The notes under the pieces were generated by a model. That model saw only the letters and a program-made list of their open reading frames with translations. It made no database searches and was not told where the DNA came from. Position numbers and translations under genes: made by a program. A stretch of DNA of 64,000 bases from contig DASTLR010000003.1 of assembly GCA_035714745.1 (NCBI GenBank), positions 161 through 64,160 on the forward strand. Reading direction: 5' to 3'. Of the stretch, positions 37,186-45,789 are shown piece by piece (position 1 is the stretch's first letter; each line of letters begins with the position of its first letter). The stretch is from Minisyncoccota bacterium (GTDB lineage Bacteria > Patescibacteriota > Minisyncoccia > Phycocordibacterales > UBA6065).

Positions 37186-37842
37186 TTATTTGATCTCGAT
37201 CCAATTCCCTTCGCTGACGACCTCGACCTTTTCGTCTGCAACTTTGATGGCTGAAGCATCGTCGAGAGCGTACGTCTTTCGTCCGGTTCCCTCTACGGCT
37301 TTACGGATATTCTTCTCTCGCAACAGCGGGAACCATTTGGAATCGAGGTGAGGCAGCACATAAAAATCTACGAAACCAAGGCCCGGCATGTCTTCCTTTC
37401 GATCAAAGTCTTCTTCATAGACGATTTGAGATATCTTGAGCGACAGGTCGGGATTAGTGACCATGGTGCCCGCGCTGATGCCAGCATAGAGACGCGTCTC
37501 GAGCAATCGCGGCAATTCCGCGGCAAGGCCTGATTTATTCAACCATTCCATAAGGTGATAAGTATTGCCGCCGCCGACAAAGATCACGTCGGCCGCTTCC
37601 AATCGCGGCAGCCACTGCTTTTTCTCGAGCGCTGATATGTCTACGATATCGACAGACTTAAGGCCGAGCCTCTGTATCTGCGCCAGATTGTCGAGAAGCC
37701 ACCCTTTGTCGCCTGGCTCGACGTTCGCTGCCGTGGGTATGAAAGCAAGCGAAATCCGGCTCGCTTTCTTTCCTGCGAGCTCGAAAAAAGCCCCTTCTAT
37801 AGCCTTATTCGTTATTCCTGCCGATGTAAGAAGTAATTTCAT
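37186..37842 (-). CDS. Peptidase E family (S51, alpha-aspartyl dipeptidase-like)
   Basis: AFIPTA, FVGGGNT, GISAG (Ser), LPHL (His). Confidence 0.85.
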   Translation of the reverse strand: MKLLLTSAGITNKAIEGAFFELAGKKASRISLAFIPTAANVEPGDKGWLLDNLAQIQRLGLKSVDIVDISALEKKQWLPRLEAADVIFVGGGNTYHLMEWLNKSGLAAELPRLLETRLYAGISAGTMVTNPDLSLKISQIVYEEDFDRKEDMPGLGFVDFYVLPHLDSKWFPLLREKNIRKAVEGTGRKTYALDDASAIKVADEKVEVVSEGNWIEIK

Positions 37843-39121
37843 TTAAGCGCATGGTCTCCTGCGTCCCCCTCTCCATGTCTTTGACCACGACCTTGCCTTC
37901 TTTGGCCTCGTTGGGGCCGTAGATGAGGGCGTACGGGATGCCCTTGTCGCTCGCGTAGCCGAGCTGCTTCTTCATGTCGCCCGGCTCGAAATAGAGGATG
38001 GCGTTCACCCCGGCCGCGCGCAGGTCGCTCGCGAGCTCAAGGTAGTCGTCGGTCAGGCTCTCGTCCAGGTTGACGATGAGCGCGCGAGCGGTAGAACGAG
38101 CAGGAGCGATCAGGCCGAGCTCCTCGAGAGCGGCATAAAGCCTGTCTAGGCCAATGCTGGCCCCTACTGCCGGCACCTGCCTGCCCGAGAACATGCCGAC
38201 GAGGCCGTCATAGCGGCCGCCCGAGAGCACGCTGCCGAAGGCGGGCAGAGCGGTCAGGTTCGTCTCGAAGATCAGTCCCGTGTAATAGTCTAGGCCGCGA
38301 GCGATGGAGAAGTCGATGACGAAGCGCGCTTCCGCCAGCTCGTACGCCATCTCGACGATAGCGACCAGTCTCTTCAGGGGCACTCTGACGCTCGGGAAGG
38401 CCTGGGCTACCTCTTCGAGCTCGGCCACGTTCTCTATCCCGTCGATGGACGTCTCGGCAAAAGCGGCGACTTGCTCGACCAGGGCCGGCTTGATGCCTGC
38501 CTTGGCAAGCTCCTCGGCCACACCCTCCTTGCCTATCTTGTCGATCTTGTCTACGGCGCGAATGGCCGCGACCTTCTCTTCAGCGCTCAAACCGAGCGAG
38601 TCATAGAACGCGCTGATGATCTCCCGCGAATTGACGCGCACCACGAAATCGGACGCCTTGACGCCCAGCTTCTGCAGGGTGCCGGCGGCCAGGGCCAGGA
38701 TCTCGGCATCGGCCAGGGGCGACGTCGAGCCGACGATGTCCGCGTCGCACTGGTAGAACTCGCGGAAGCGGCCCTTTTGGGTGTTCTCGGCGCGCCAGAC
38801 CGGCGAGACCTGGTAGCGCTTGAAGGGCTTCTTGAGGTCGCCGTTCATGGCCACTACGCGAGCCAGAGGGATGGTCAGGTCGTAGCGCAGGGCCACGTCG
38901 CGGTCGCCGTTGTCGCGGAAGCGGTACATGAGCTTGTCGCCCTCGTCGCCGTACTTGCCGGTGAGCACTTCCGCGTACTCCAAAGCCGGCGTCTCGAGCG
39001 GCTCGAAGCCGAACGTCCTGTACGACGACTTGATGGCCTCGATCATGCGCTCGCGAGCGATCTGCCGCTCCGGCAGGAAATCGCGGAAGCCCTTGAGGAT
39101 CTTTGGTTCTATCTGTGGCAT
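37805..39121 (-). CDS. hisS: Histidine--tRNA ligase (copy 1, host-like GC)
   Basis: KGFRDFLP, LRYDLT, WRAENTQKGRFREF.QCD.D, ARGLDYYTG, GGRYD. Confidence 0.95.
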   Translation of the reverse strand: MPQIEPKILKGFRDFLPERQIARERMIEAIKSSYRTFGFEPLETPALEYAEVLTGKYGDEGDKLMYRFRDNGDRDVALRYDLTIPLARVVAMNGDLKKPFKRYQVSPVWRAENTQKGRFREFYQCDADIVGSTSPLADAEILALAAGTLQKLGVKASDFVVRVNSREIISAFYDSLGLSAEEKVAAIRAVDKIDKIGKEGVAEELAKAGIKPALVEQVAAFAETSIDGIENVAELEEVAQAFPSVRVPLKRLVAIVEMAYELAEARFVIDFSIARGLDYYTGLIFETNLTALPAFGSVLSGGRYDGLVGMFSGRQVPAVGASIGLDRLYAALEELGLIAPARSTARALIVNLDESLTDDYLELASDLRAAGVNAILYFEPGDMKKQLGYASDKGIPYALIYGPNEAKEGKVVVKDMERGTQETMRLNEITSYIGRNNE

Positions 39122-39232
39122 AGATATAGCTTAGCAGAAGCGTGGTCTAATCACCAGAATCTTGGACTAGCGGCAAACGAAATCCCCCTTTCGGGGAAAA
39201 TCTCGGAGGCAGAAGCCATTATTTGCTGACAG

Positions 39233-39730
39233 CTAAAGTATAGTTTTATTCTCCAGGATGTCAGATATCCTCTTCATGATATGGTCTTGTACTTCTCCCC
39301 AATCAAAGTATTCTTTGTAATCTTTTGGATTGATTAGTTTTATCTCGGTGATGTCTCCGTCAGGGTCGGCGATGAATGGTCCATATGGCTCAACGATGCA
39401 AAGAGTGCGGCTTTGATTAACCGTACGCCCCGGCATAAGAATATTTTGATAGCCAAGCGGTATCTGGCGAAGCACTCGCATGTTGGATTCTTCTTTAACT
39501 TCCCTCTCCGTCGCTTCGGCAAGCGATTCGCCTGCTTCTATCCTTCCTCCGATCGGTGTCCACCTCTCACGGCTCTTGTCATAGACAAGTACCATCTTGC
39601 CATTGCAGATGCAGACGGCGCCAATGCTCTCGAAGGGCAGATGTTTGACTTCATCGTATGATTCGATATCTCGGTATGTCACGTCGACTAGTCCTTCCGT
39701 ACGGCTTTGGATCTTAATCTTTATTTCCAT
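39233..39730 (-). CDS. NUDIX hydrolase
   Basis: GGRIEAGESLAEATEREVKEES NUDIX box. Confidence 0.85.
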   Translation of the reverse strand: MEIKIKIQSRTEGLVDVTYRDIESYDEVKHLPFESIGAVCICNGKMVLVYDKSRERWTPIGGRIEAGESLAEATEREVKEESNMRVLRQIPLGYQNILMPGRTVNQSRTLCIVEPYGPFIADPDGDITEIKLINPKDYKEYFDWGEVQDHIMKRISDILENKTIL

Positions 39731-40002
39731 CACGAAAGTATATCACTTGCTTTTTATAAAGATATTCAATAGAGTTTTGAGGCTATGACCGCATATCACA
39801 GCCACACGAATACGAATCTCATCAAGTCCTGCATGCGCGGAGCCGCCCAGGCGACCTTCGTCATGGATTCGAGCATTCTATTGCGTATAGCCGATATGCG
39901 TTAAACCTCTCCTCACCGCAGAATTGACCCATCCCGGCTGGACGCAAGCCGGGATTTCTTTTGCCCGCGCCCTATCCAGCATTAATCGTTAGTTCCTTAG
40001 AT

Positions 40003-40605
40003 ATGACCATGAAAGCACAAGACAAAAGCGCTCGGCACGTCGTATTCCTCCGCGGCAAGAAGACCTTCTTGCGACCGCTTGAAGAAGGCGACCTGCCGCT
40101 CTTGACCAGGTGGATCAATGACCCAGAAGTGACCAGGTATCTGACGGCCTATCTGCCTCAGAGCCTGGAGAGCGAGAAGGAATGGTTCGCCAAGCTGAAA
40201 AGCAACAAGAACGAGGTCACCCTGGGGATCTGCACGCTCGACGGCACCCTGATCGGCGTGATGGGCACCCATCACATCAATTGGAAGGATGGCACGACTA
40301 CGACCGGAGCCTTCATCGGAGAGAAGAAGCTCTGGGGCAAGGGCTACGGGACCGATGCCAAGATGCAGCTCCTTAACTATTGCTTCAACGAGCTCGGCCT
40401 CCGCAAGATCATGTCTCGGGTCATCGCCTTTAACGGCCGCAGCCTAGCATACAGCAAGCACTGCGGCTACGTAGTCGAGGGCACATCCCGTCTCGAGGTC
40501 TTCAAGGGAGGCCAGTATTGGGACGTCATCGATCTTGGCCTCTTCAAGGAGGAATGGCTCCCCTATTGGCAGAAGTATCAGAGAGGCCTGAAAAAGGCAC
40601 GCTAG
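40003..40605 (+). CDS. RimJ/RimL-family N-acetyltransferase (GNAT)
   Basis: LRPLEEGDL, WINDPEV, WGKGYGT.A, F..LGLRKI, N..S....CGY..EG. Confidence 0.88.
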   Translation: MTMKAQDKSARHVVFLRGKKTFLRPLEEGDLPLLTRWINDPEVTRYLTAYLPQSLESEKEWFAKLKSNKNEVTLGICTLDGTLIGVMGTHHINWKDGTTTTGAFIGEKKLWGKGYGTDAKMQLLNYCFNELGLRKIMSRVIAFNGRSLAYSKHCGYVVEGTSRLEVFKGGQYWDVIDLGLFKEEWLPYWQKYQRGLKKAR

Positions 40606-40609
40606 CGAC

Positions 40610-40636
40610 AAGCCCGGCACAGCGCCGGGCTTTTTT
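40610..40636. terminator. Bidirectional terminator
   Basis: AAGCCCGGC-acagc-GCCGGGCTTTTTT between convergent genes. Confidence 0.75.
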
Positions 40637-41093
40637 ATGCCGTAGCTGACATCCCGAGCATTCTCTCGAATTCCTTTCGATACTTCTCGAGAGTGTGCGC
40701 GAACCCCGTATGGAGCGGCTGGGGCAAAGCGTCGAGGGCGAACCAGCTGATCTCTGCCATTTTTTCAGGCTCGCAGATGCTGACGCGGGCAGGATCGACC
40801 CTTACAAAGAACGGCGCGGCGATCCAGTGCGTCATAACGCCGTTCTGCTCCCGAAAGATGTCATGCGCGGGCAGAGAGCCGATGATCTCTCCCTCGGCGC
40901 CGTATTCCTCTCTGACCTCCTGGAGCGCGTTCTCCTCGAGCGAGAGGTCGAATTCGAGCTTTCCCGAGCCTGGGTCCCAGCGCCCGTGCTCGTCGCGACA
41001 GTTCTCCGTCCTCTTGTGCATGAGGAGTCGTCCCTTCCCGTCTGTGCAGTAGAAGGGCGTCGTGACGCCCACGAAATCGATGCCGATCTTCAT
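40635..41093 (-). CDS. NUDIX hydrolase
   Basis: W.PGSGKLEF..SLEE...QEVREEYG, EPEK..E..WF. Confidence 0.85.
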   Translation of the reverse strand: MKIGIDFVGVTTPFYCTDGKGRLLMHKRTENCRDEHGRWDPGSGKLEFDLSLEENALQEVREEYGAEGEIIGSLPAHDIFREQNGVMTHWIAAPFFVRVDPARVSICEPEKMAEISWFALDALPQPLHTGFAHTLEKYRKEFERMLGMSATA

Positions 41094-41169
41094 AGTGTTT
41101 CTCTTATGCACTGTATTGTACCAAAATAAAAAACCACTTATCCCGAAGGAAGAGTGGTGAGAAAGCGCG

Positions 41170-41241
41170 GGGGCGCGATGGGACTCGAACCCACAACCGT
41201 AGGTTCCACAAACCTGCGCTCTACCATTGAGCTACGCGCCC
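41170..41241 (-). tRNA. tRNA-His(GTG); G-1 and CCA not encoded
   Basis: GGGCGCG TA GCTC AATGGTA GAGC G CAGGT TTGTGGA ACCTA CGGTT GTGGG TTCGAGT CCCAT CGCGCCC C; the base at -1 is T. Confidence 0.92.
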
Positions 41242-41274
41242 ACACTGCAAAAGAGCTGACAAACGATATATTAC

Positions 41275-42621
41275 TTATTGCGCCGAGGCTGTCAATATCC
41301 GGTTCGTCACAAAGACGATATTCTCGGCTGCCACCTCCGACTGCTTCTTCAGCCTCGTATCTTTTACCTGGGCTAACCCTTTGGCCATTTCGTTGCCGCC
41401 GGCGATTACGATCACGGGGATTCCACGACGAAGCGCATAAGCGAGCTGGGCTTTCAGGTTAGTTTCCTTTCCTAGATAGAGCTCGGCTCGGATCATACCT
41501 TTACGAAGGATACCCGTGATCGACTGGCAGTAGCTCTCGGCATCGGGATCGAAGTTGAGGACGATGGCTTGAACTGTCGTTCCCTCCTTCTTTACCAGGC
41601 CGAGCGATTCCATGGCCGCAAACAGGCGGTCGACTCCGACCGAAGCACCCGTAGCAGGAATGCTCTGGCTTCCGAAGCGCGACACGAGGTCGTCGTAACG
41701 TCCTCCCGAAAAAACGCTGCCGATCGAGGGAAGGTCGAGCAGCGTCGTCTCGAAGACAGGCCCCGTGTAGTAACCGAGGCCGCGCGCAACCGAGAGATCG
41801 ACCTTCCATGCCGACCTCGGCACTCCGAGGGAATCGACCCCTTTCACGATGGCGCGGAGCTCGTCGATGCCTTCGAGCGCGACAACCGATTCTTTCATCA
41901 GGTCAGCCAATCCGTCGAGCGTCGCGTCGATGGTGTCGCCCTGGGTGCCCAAGAATGTGCTCAGTTTGGCGATCTGAGCCTTGGTAAGCTCTTTTTGAGC
42001 GAGCTCGTCCGATACCCCCTGCCAGCCTATCTTGTCGATCTTGTCGAGGATGCGCAGGATGTCAGGATTGAGGGTGCCGTCATACTCAACGAATGCAGGC
42101 AGGCCGTTCAGGACCTTCCTGTTGTTGACGCGGATCTGGAAGCGTTCCAGCCCCAAAGCCTTCATCGTCTCATACATGAGCGAGACGATCTCTGCGTCGG
42201 CGCTAGTCCGGGCCGATCCGACGATATCCGCGTCGAATTGCACGAACTCGCGGAACCTGCCCGCTTGCGCCTTTTCGCCGCGCCAGACCTTTCCCGTGTG
42301 ATAGCGCTTGAACGGCAAGTCGAGCTTGTCCGAATAGAGCGATACCACGCGAGCGAGCGGCACGGTCAGATCGAAGCGGAGAGCCAGGCCCTCGTTGTTC
42401 CCCTTCAGCCCCGTCTTAAAGATCTGCATGCCGAAGTTGGAATCGCCACCTGTCAAGATAGCCTCCCTTTCGATACCGGGGGTATCGATCGGGGCAAATC
42501 CGAACCGCTCGAAAACGGCCCTGATCGTGTCGAACATCTTCTGCCGGGGGATCATATCCTCGGGCAGGTAGTCTTTAAAGCCTGAAGCGAGTTCAGGGCT
42601 GATCCGTATGTCAGAGTTCAT
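41275..42621 (-). CDS. hisS: Histidine--tRNA ligase (copy 2)
   Basis: SGFKDYLP, LRFDLT, WRGEKAQAGRFREF.QFD.D, ARGLGYYTG, GGRYD, C-terminal anticodon domain. Confidence 0.93.
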   Translation of the reverse strand: MNSDIRISPELASGFKDYLPEDMIPRQKMFDTIRAVFERFGFAPIDTPGIEREAILTGGDSNFGMQIFKTGLKGNNEGLALRFDLTVPLARVVSLYSDKLDLPFKRYHTGKVWRGEKAQAGRFREFVQFDADIVGSARTSADAEIVSLMYETMKALGLERFQIRVNNRKVLNGLPAFVEYDGTLNPDILRILDKIDKIGWQGVSDELAQKELTKAQIAKLSTFLGTQGDTIDATLDGLADLMKESVVALEGIDELRAIVKGVDSLGVPRSAWKVDLSVARGLGYYTGPVFETTLLDLPSIGSVFSGGRYDDLVSRFGSQSIPATGASVGVDRLFAAMESLGLVKKEGTTVQAIVLNFDPDAESYCQSITGILRKGMIRAELYLGKETNLKAQLAYALRRGIPVIVIAGGNEMAKGLAQVKDTRLKKQSEVAAENIVFVTNRILTASAQ

Positions 42622-42728
42622 CATTAGCCTCCAATTTTGTGTTTCTGCCTCTGATCACAAACTACTGTAAAAAACGAAAAAGTCAATCACTGCGACAGAA
42701 AAAAGCCTTCCACCTGGAAGGCTTGATA

Positions 42729-43547
42729 CTAAGACATCGCCGCGAGGACTTCGATGACACCAGACGTCACTTCGCCCCTTGCCGTATAGGCGCACTTAGA
42801 TTTGAATTCGGGTGAAGCGTTGGCAACGGCGCAGTGGACGACCCCCTCTTTTGGATGGTAATCGGTCATGCTGTCTCCGACGACTATCACTTGGCGGCCG
42901 GGATATTTCGCCTCAACCCATGGAATCGCCTGCGCTTTCATGGTGCCAAAGTGATGGATAATGCAGATGCCGTAGTCATCGTTCATATCGACATCGAAGG
43001 CACACTCCTGCTTACCCGAGCGAGCAAGGAATTCACCGCATAGCTTCCTCATCAATCCGGCGCTCCGAGCCCATCGCCCTTGCGATTTTTCGAGCGCGTA
43101 GAAGCTCAGACTGGCCCTGCGAAGACTATTAACGAGAACGGCGCGCGAAGCGCTCGACGGAGCCTCCATACCCGGCAACTGTCGGGACAGGTTGTTCACA
43201 TCATGACAAGACACAAGCGCACCGATAGCCAAGGAATAATCGATGATACGCTTCCACGCCCCATCAAATACGTCTGATCGGTCTCCCAGTATTGCCGCCG
43301 GCTCCGCGCCATAACTCTCCCCAGCGATCGCGCAAGCCCCTTTTTCAGCGATTATCGGTCCCGTATGGGACCATTGGTCCATATAAGCCTTTATCGTCTC
43401 TATCGCCGAATCAGAGCTGACGCCGACGATATGTCCTGCAGCGACCGTCCTCCCAATCGCCACGCGAAGCTCCTCAACCGCAGTCGTCGGGCGATAATTC
43501 TTACCGATGACTGTATTGTCCAGGTCCAAAAGAAATATCTTTTTCAT
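42729..43547 (-). CDS. HAD-superfamily hydrolase (Cof/IIB-like)
   Basis: LLDLDNT motif I, IIAEKGA, K in motif III, VGDSMTD, AVANA. Confidence 0.8.
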   Translation of the reverse strand: MKKIFLLDLDNTVIGKNYRPTTAVEELRVAIGRTVAAGHIVGVSSDSAIETIKAYMDQWSHTGPIIAEKGACAIAGESYGAEPAAILGDRSDVFDGAWKRIIDYSLAIGALVSCHDVNNLSRQLPGMEAPSSASRAVLVNSLRRASLSFYALEKSQGRWARSAGLMRKLCGEFLARSGKQECAFDVDMNDDYGICIIHHFGTMKAQAIPWVEAKYPGRQVIVVGDSMTDYHPKEGVVHCAVANASPEFKSKCAYTARGEVTSGVIEVLAAMS

Positions 43548-43674
43548 AGTTCTCTCCTGCCCTGAACCTTATAGCAATTCCTTGCAATGTCAATAGAAAT
43601 CACCGCCACGGAGGTTCTTGACTAGTTCATCTGCTGATATAGTATGCAAGTAGTTGATCCTTAACCTAACGAAT

Positions 43675-44526
43675 ATGCAAAAAGAAATTGTCGGACTCAC
43701 GACTTTTCACGGTTCTGAACCCGGGAAAACAGTCGCTATCATGGCCGGTGTTCACGGAGATGAGCCCTGCGGCCTCCGTGCGCTCGAAGCCCTTGCCAAG
43801 GATTTGATCGTCAAGCGGGGAACGGTCCATTTCCTCATCGGTAATCCAGAGGCCATCAAGCTAAATAGGCGCCAGTTCGAGTGGAATCTCAATCGAGCGT
43901 TTAGGCCGGACATCGTAGAAAATTCTCTTACGTCGTATCAACGGAAAAGCTATGAGCGCAAGCGAGCACTCGAGATAATGGAGGTGCTAAAAGAATGCGA
44001 TGCGCTACTGGATATCCATTCGTCGATGTCGATAGAAAGCACGCCGTTCATCATCTGTGAGAAGTCCGCTTTCCCGATAGCCCGTCGCCTTCCCTTTTCT
44101 ATCCTTTCCTTTGGATGGGACGAAATCGAGCCCGGAGGCACTGATTATTTCATGAGCGCTCATGGCAAGATCGGCATATGCATAGAATGCGGATGTCACC
44201 TAGATTCAAGCGCGCCCGCGATCGCCGAAAAGTCTGCAAGGACGTTCTTGACGCTCATGGGTTCGATTGACGGAGATATCCCGCCCGTGACAAAGAAGAG
44301 GCTCATTGATGCGTATAGGGTCTATCATCCCTCAGGGGACTTTGTCCCAGCGAAGGAATTTGCTGATTTTGCCCCGCTCAGCACAGGAGAACTCATTGGA
44401 ATGGACGGGCGAATCCCTATTTACGCAGGCAAGGACGAGGTGATTATTTTTTGCAGAAAGTGCAATAAGCCGGATGATGAGGCGTTTATCCTTGGCCGTG
44501 AGATATTCGGATATTTGCGAGACTGA
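43675..44526 (+). CDS. Succinylglutamate desuccinylase/aspartoacylase-family deacylase
   Basis: GVHGDE, NLNRAF, LLDIHS, IECG.H. Confidence 0.85.
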   Translation: MQKEIVGLTTFHGSEPGKTVAIMAGVHGDEPCGLRALEALAKDLIVKRGTVHFLIGNPEAIKLNRRQFEWNLNRAFRPDIVENSLTSYQRKSYERKRALEIMEVLKECDALLDIHSSMSIESTPFIICEKSAFPIARRLPFSILSFGWDEIEPGGTDYFMSAHGKIGICIECGCHLDSSAPAIAEKSARTFLTLMGSIDGDIPPVTKKRLIDAYRVYHPSGDFVPAKEFADFAPLSTGELIGMDGRIPIYAGKDEVIIFCRKCNKPDDEAFILGREIFGYLRD

Positions 44527-44576
44527 TCACTAATCGATAGCACGTGAATGCTATCGAATTTTATTTTCGAATCTAA

Positions 44577-45464
44577 TTATTCGAGCAGCGAAAAAAAAGC
44601 CTTGTTAAATTTATCCGCGCTTATGTCAAACGCTACCCTGGCCGCATACTTCCCCCCCGAGAATACTTCGCCTTCCCTTAATCCCGAGACGTGTATACCT
44701 ACCATATCTTCTTTAAAAGACAGGTATTCACCCGTAACCGCCGCAGCTAGAGTCAGCGGGTCATATAACTCGAATGATCGTTTTTTGGGGTAGCCAAAGA
44801 AGCGATACCAATTCTCGACCGCCTCACTGACGAAGCGAATCACGGCGCCTTGGCCTAAATTCTTGAGAGAGCTGTCCGAGACGAGGCAACGGTTCGTGAC
44901 ATCTAGAGGTACTATATAAACGTCTTTTGCGTTTTGCAGGATCGTTTCCACCGCCTTCGGGTCTTGGAAAAAATTATATTCTGCATATTCTGTCTGATTT
45001 CCCGGCACGTTGAAAGCGCCGCCCATGAGATATATCTTCTCTATGTTCTCTGCAACCTTCGGATTCTTAGCTATCGCCCTGGCTATGTTGGTAGGAGCCG
45101 CCAGGCATATGATATTAACTTTTCTTTCGCGGGCCATTCTTGCTATGAAATCGCTCGCCTCTTCGTTAGCCTTTGACCCAGTCGGCGCAGGTAGCGAGAC
45201 GTCGCATATACCGTTTGTTCCGTGGTAATCATATGCATGTACGAACTCGCTACCGGTGATCGATTTAGACGCCCCTGCATATACGGGTACATTCCAGCCG
45301 ATGAGTCCCGCGATCCTTAGCGTGTTCTCCGTCGCCTCCTCGAGCTTTACATTGCCACCACAAACGGTTATGCCAAGAACGTCTTCCTTACAGAGCTTAG
45401 CGGCCAATATGATGGCTAGGGCGTCATCTATTCCGGTATCGACATCTATGATTATATTTTTCAT
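44577..45464 (-). CDS. Nucleoside hydrolase (IU-NH family)
   Basis: DVDTGIDDA, GNV, HG.NG, PTN.A, GN....AEYNF..DP, PLDVT, YDP. Confidence 0.9.
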   Translation of the reverse strand: MKNIIIDVDTGIDDALAIILAAKLCKEDVLGITVCGGNVKLEEATENTLRIAGLIGWNVPVYAGASKSITGSEFVHAYDYHGTNGICDVSLPAPTGSKANEEASDFIARMARERKVNIICLAAPTNIARAIAKNPKVAENIEKIYLMGGAFNVPGNQTEYAEYNFFQDPKAVETILQNAKDVYIVPLDVTNRCLVSDSSLKNLGQGAVIRFVSEAVENWYRFFGYPKKRSFELYDPLTLAAAVTGEYLSFKEDMVGIHVSGLREGEVFSGGKYAARVAFDISADKFNKAFFSLLE

Positions 45465-45789
45465 TTTGATGATTAAGCGGACATACCCGATAAACCGAAA
45501 CACCTCCACAATCGAGAGGTGTTTTAGCTAAATTTTAAATTATCGCTCCAAACACCCTACGAAATGATTCCGTGATGGTGGGAGTTATAGACGATGCTAC
45601 CTGTGTGCGCAACCATATTAGTAATGCAAATAATACACTTTGCTTACCAAAAAAGTAGTTGACAAATGTATAAATTGTATCCGGATTATTGACAAGCGGT
45701 ACGGGTATTCTATCCTTAAGGCAGAAATGGCTTCGCCTAACTGCGAGGCCGTGCGTTAGTTAACATGTTACAGACCATGCAGGTGATAC

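Noticed and set aside
39930-39962. Hairpin ATCCCGGCT/AGCCGGGAT plus T-tract upstream of the GNAT as a riboswitch/attenuator
   Set aside because: No aptamer motif, leader peptide or alternative pairing could be supported.
41170-41241. tRNA-His as island attachment site
   Set aside because: I saw no duplicated tRNA 3' end and no integrase in the accessory region.
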